64,000 nucleotides of DNA, from assembly GCA_963823925.1 (NCBI GenBank), contig CAWGNI010000007.1, positions 27,333 through 91,332 on the forward strand, written 5' to 3'. Source of the stretch: an uncultured Chloroflexia bacterium. GTDB lineage: Bacteria > Chloroflexota > Limnocylindria > Limnocylindrales > CSP1-4. Made by a program: the position numbers and the translations under genes. The notes under the pieces were generated by a model that was not told the origin of the DNA, made no database searches, and was given only the letters and a program-made list of their open reading frames with translations. Shown in pieces: positions 63,178 through 64,000 of this stretch. How positions within the stretch are numbered: position 1 is the stretch's first letter; each line of letters opens with the position of its first letter.

Positions 63178-64000
63178 ATGACCGAACCCTCGACCGCAGC
63201 CGACCGCACCTCCGCCATCAGCCGCTTTCGCAACTGGTTCTGGCGGCCACCTCGCGCCCACGGCGAGATCGACCCGGAACGGACCGTCAGCTTCCTGGAG
63301 CTGTTCTACGACCTCGTCTACGTCGTCGTCATCGCCCAGGCCGCGCACCACCTCGCCGGACACCTGACCATCGGCGGCTACGCCGAGTTCGCGGTCATCT
63401 TCGGCGTCATCTGGATCGCCTGGGTCAATGGCACGCTCTACTACGAGTTGCATGGTCGAGAGGACGGCCGGACACGCACCTTCGTCTTCATCCAGATGGG
63501 CATCCTCGCCCTGCTCGCGGTCTTCACCGGCGATGCGGCCGGCGAGGACGGGCAGGCGTTCAGCGTGGCCTACGCCGGGTTCCTCGTCGTCATGACCTGG
63601 CTTTGGTACACGGTCCGCCGGCAGGACCGGCCGGAGTACATGGCCGGGACCGCGCGCTACCTGACCGCCATGGCCGTGTCGCTGGTGGTCATCGTGGCCG
63701 GCATCTTCCTGCCCGCGAGGCGCGACTCGTCAGCTGGGCCGGATTCGTGATCGGCTGGCTCGTCCTGATGCTTGTCTTCGGCTGGCGATCACGACGCGGA
63801 CAAGTCCTGGCGATCGCACCGACCGATTCGATGGTCGAGCGCTTCGATCTGCTGGTGATCATCGTGCTTGGGGAAGTCGTCACCGGGGTCGTCGGTGGGC
63901 TGTCGTCGGTCGATCGAGATCCCCTCACGCTCGTGACCGGCCTGCTCGCGCTCGCCGTCGGCTTCGGCCTCTGGTGGATCTTCTTCGATGTCGCCGGCCG
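63178..64000 (+). pseudogene. LtrA-like (low temperature requirement A) membrane protein, one frame break; runs off the right edge
   Basis: Contains VSFLELFYDLVYVVVIAQ. After ...GIFLPA the continuation ARLVSWAGFVIGWLV...MVERFDLLVIIVLGEVV... is in another frame and is open to position 64000. The junction is near 63717. Confidence 0.65.

Overview
64-kb, roughly 70% G+C chromosomal segment of a Gram-positive-type, probably Actinomycetota-like bacterium. Supporting signs are Cheo-type LexA boxes (CGAAC-N4-GTTCG), many -10-like hexamers 6-7 nt ahead of start codons, Thr/Pro-repeat secreted proteins and a PspC-toastrack pair. Housekeeping genes: dnaB, lexA with its operator, rplI, argS and tRNA-Thr(CGU). 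A one-carbon module (formimino-THF cyclodeaminase-like gene, folD, fhs) fits a THF-dependent histidine-utilisation set (hutH, hutU, glutamate formimidoyltransferase, hutI). Envelope and stress genes: DedA, PspC plus toastrack protein, UPF0104, DUF1232. Signalling and other modules: a MoxR-DUF58-DUF4129 operon, a NarL-type two-component system, a hybrid kinase -> REC-PAS-EAL operon, vapBC, and ArsR with two SRPBCC genes. Also present are a tandem pair of Thr/Pro-repeat surface proteins, a GH63-like hydrolase, a 2-TM K+ channel, an APH-family kinase and an LtrA-like protein. Two themes stand out. (1) About 20 genes are interrupted by frame changes or in-frame stops. An araA-araD-kinase cluster and two giant regulators are multi-frame wrecks, while housekeeping genes are intact. 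This is either real gene decay or assembly indels, and the sequence alone cannot decide. (2) A twin-LexA-box promoter, built like the lexA promoter, controls an unassigned 90-aa ORF directly behind a broken dinB. I recognised no CRISPR array, transposase, integrase or phage gene.
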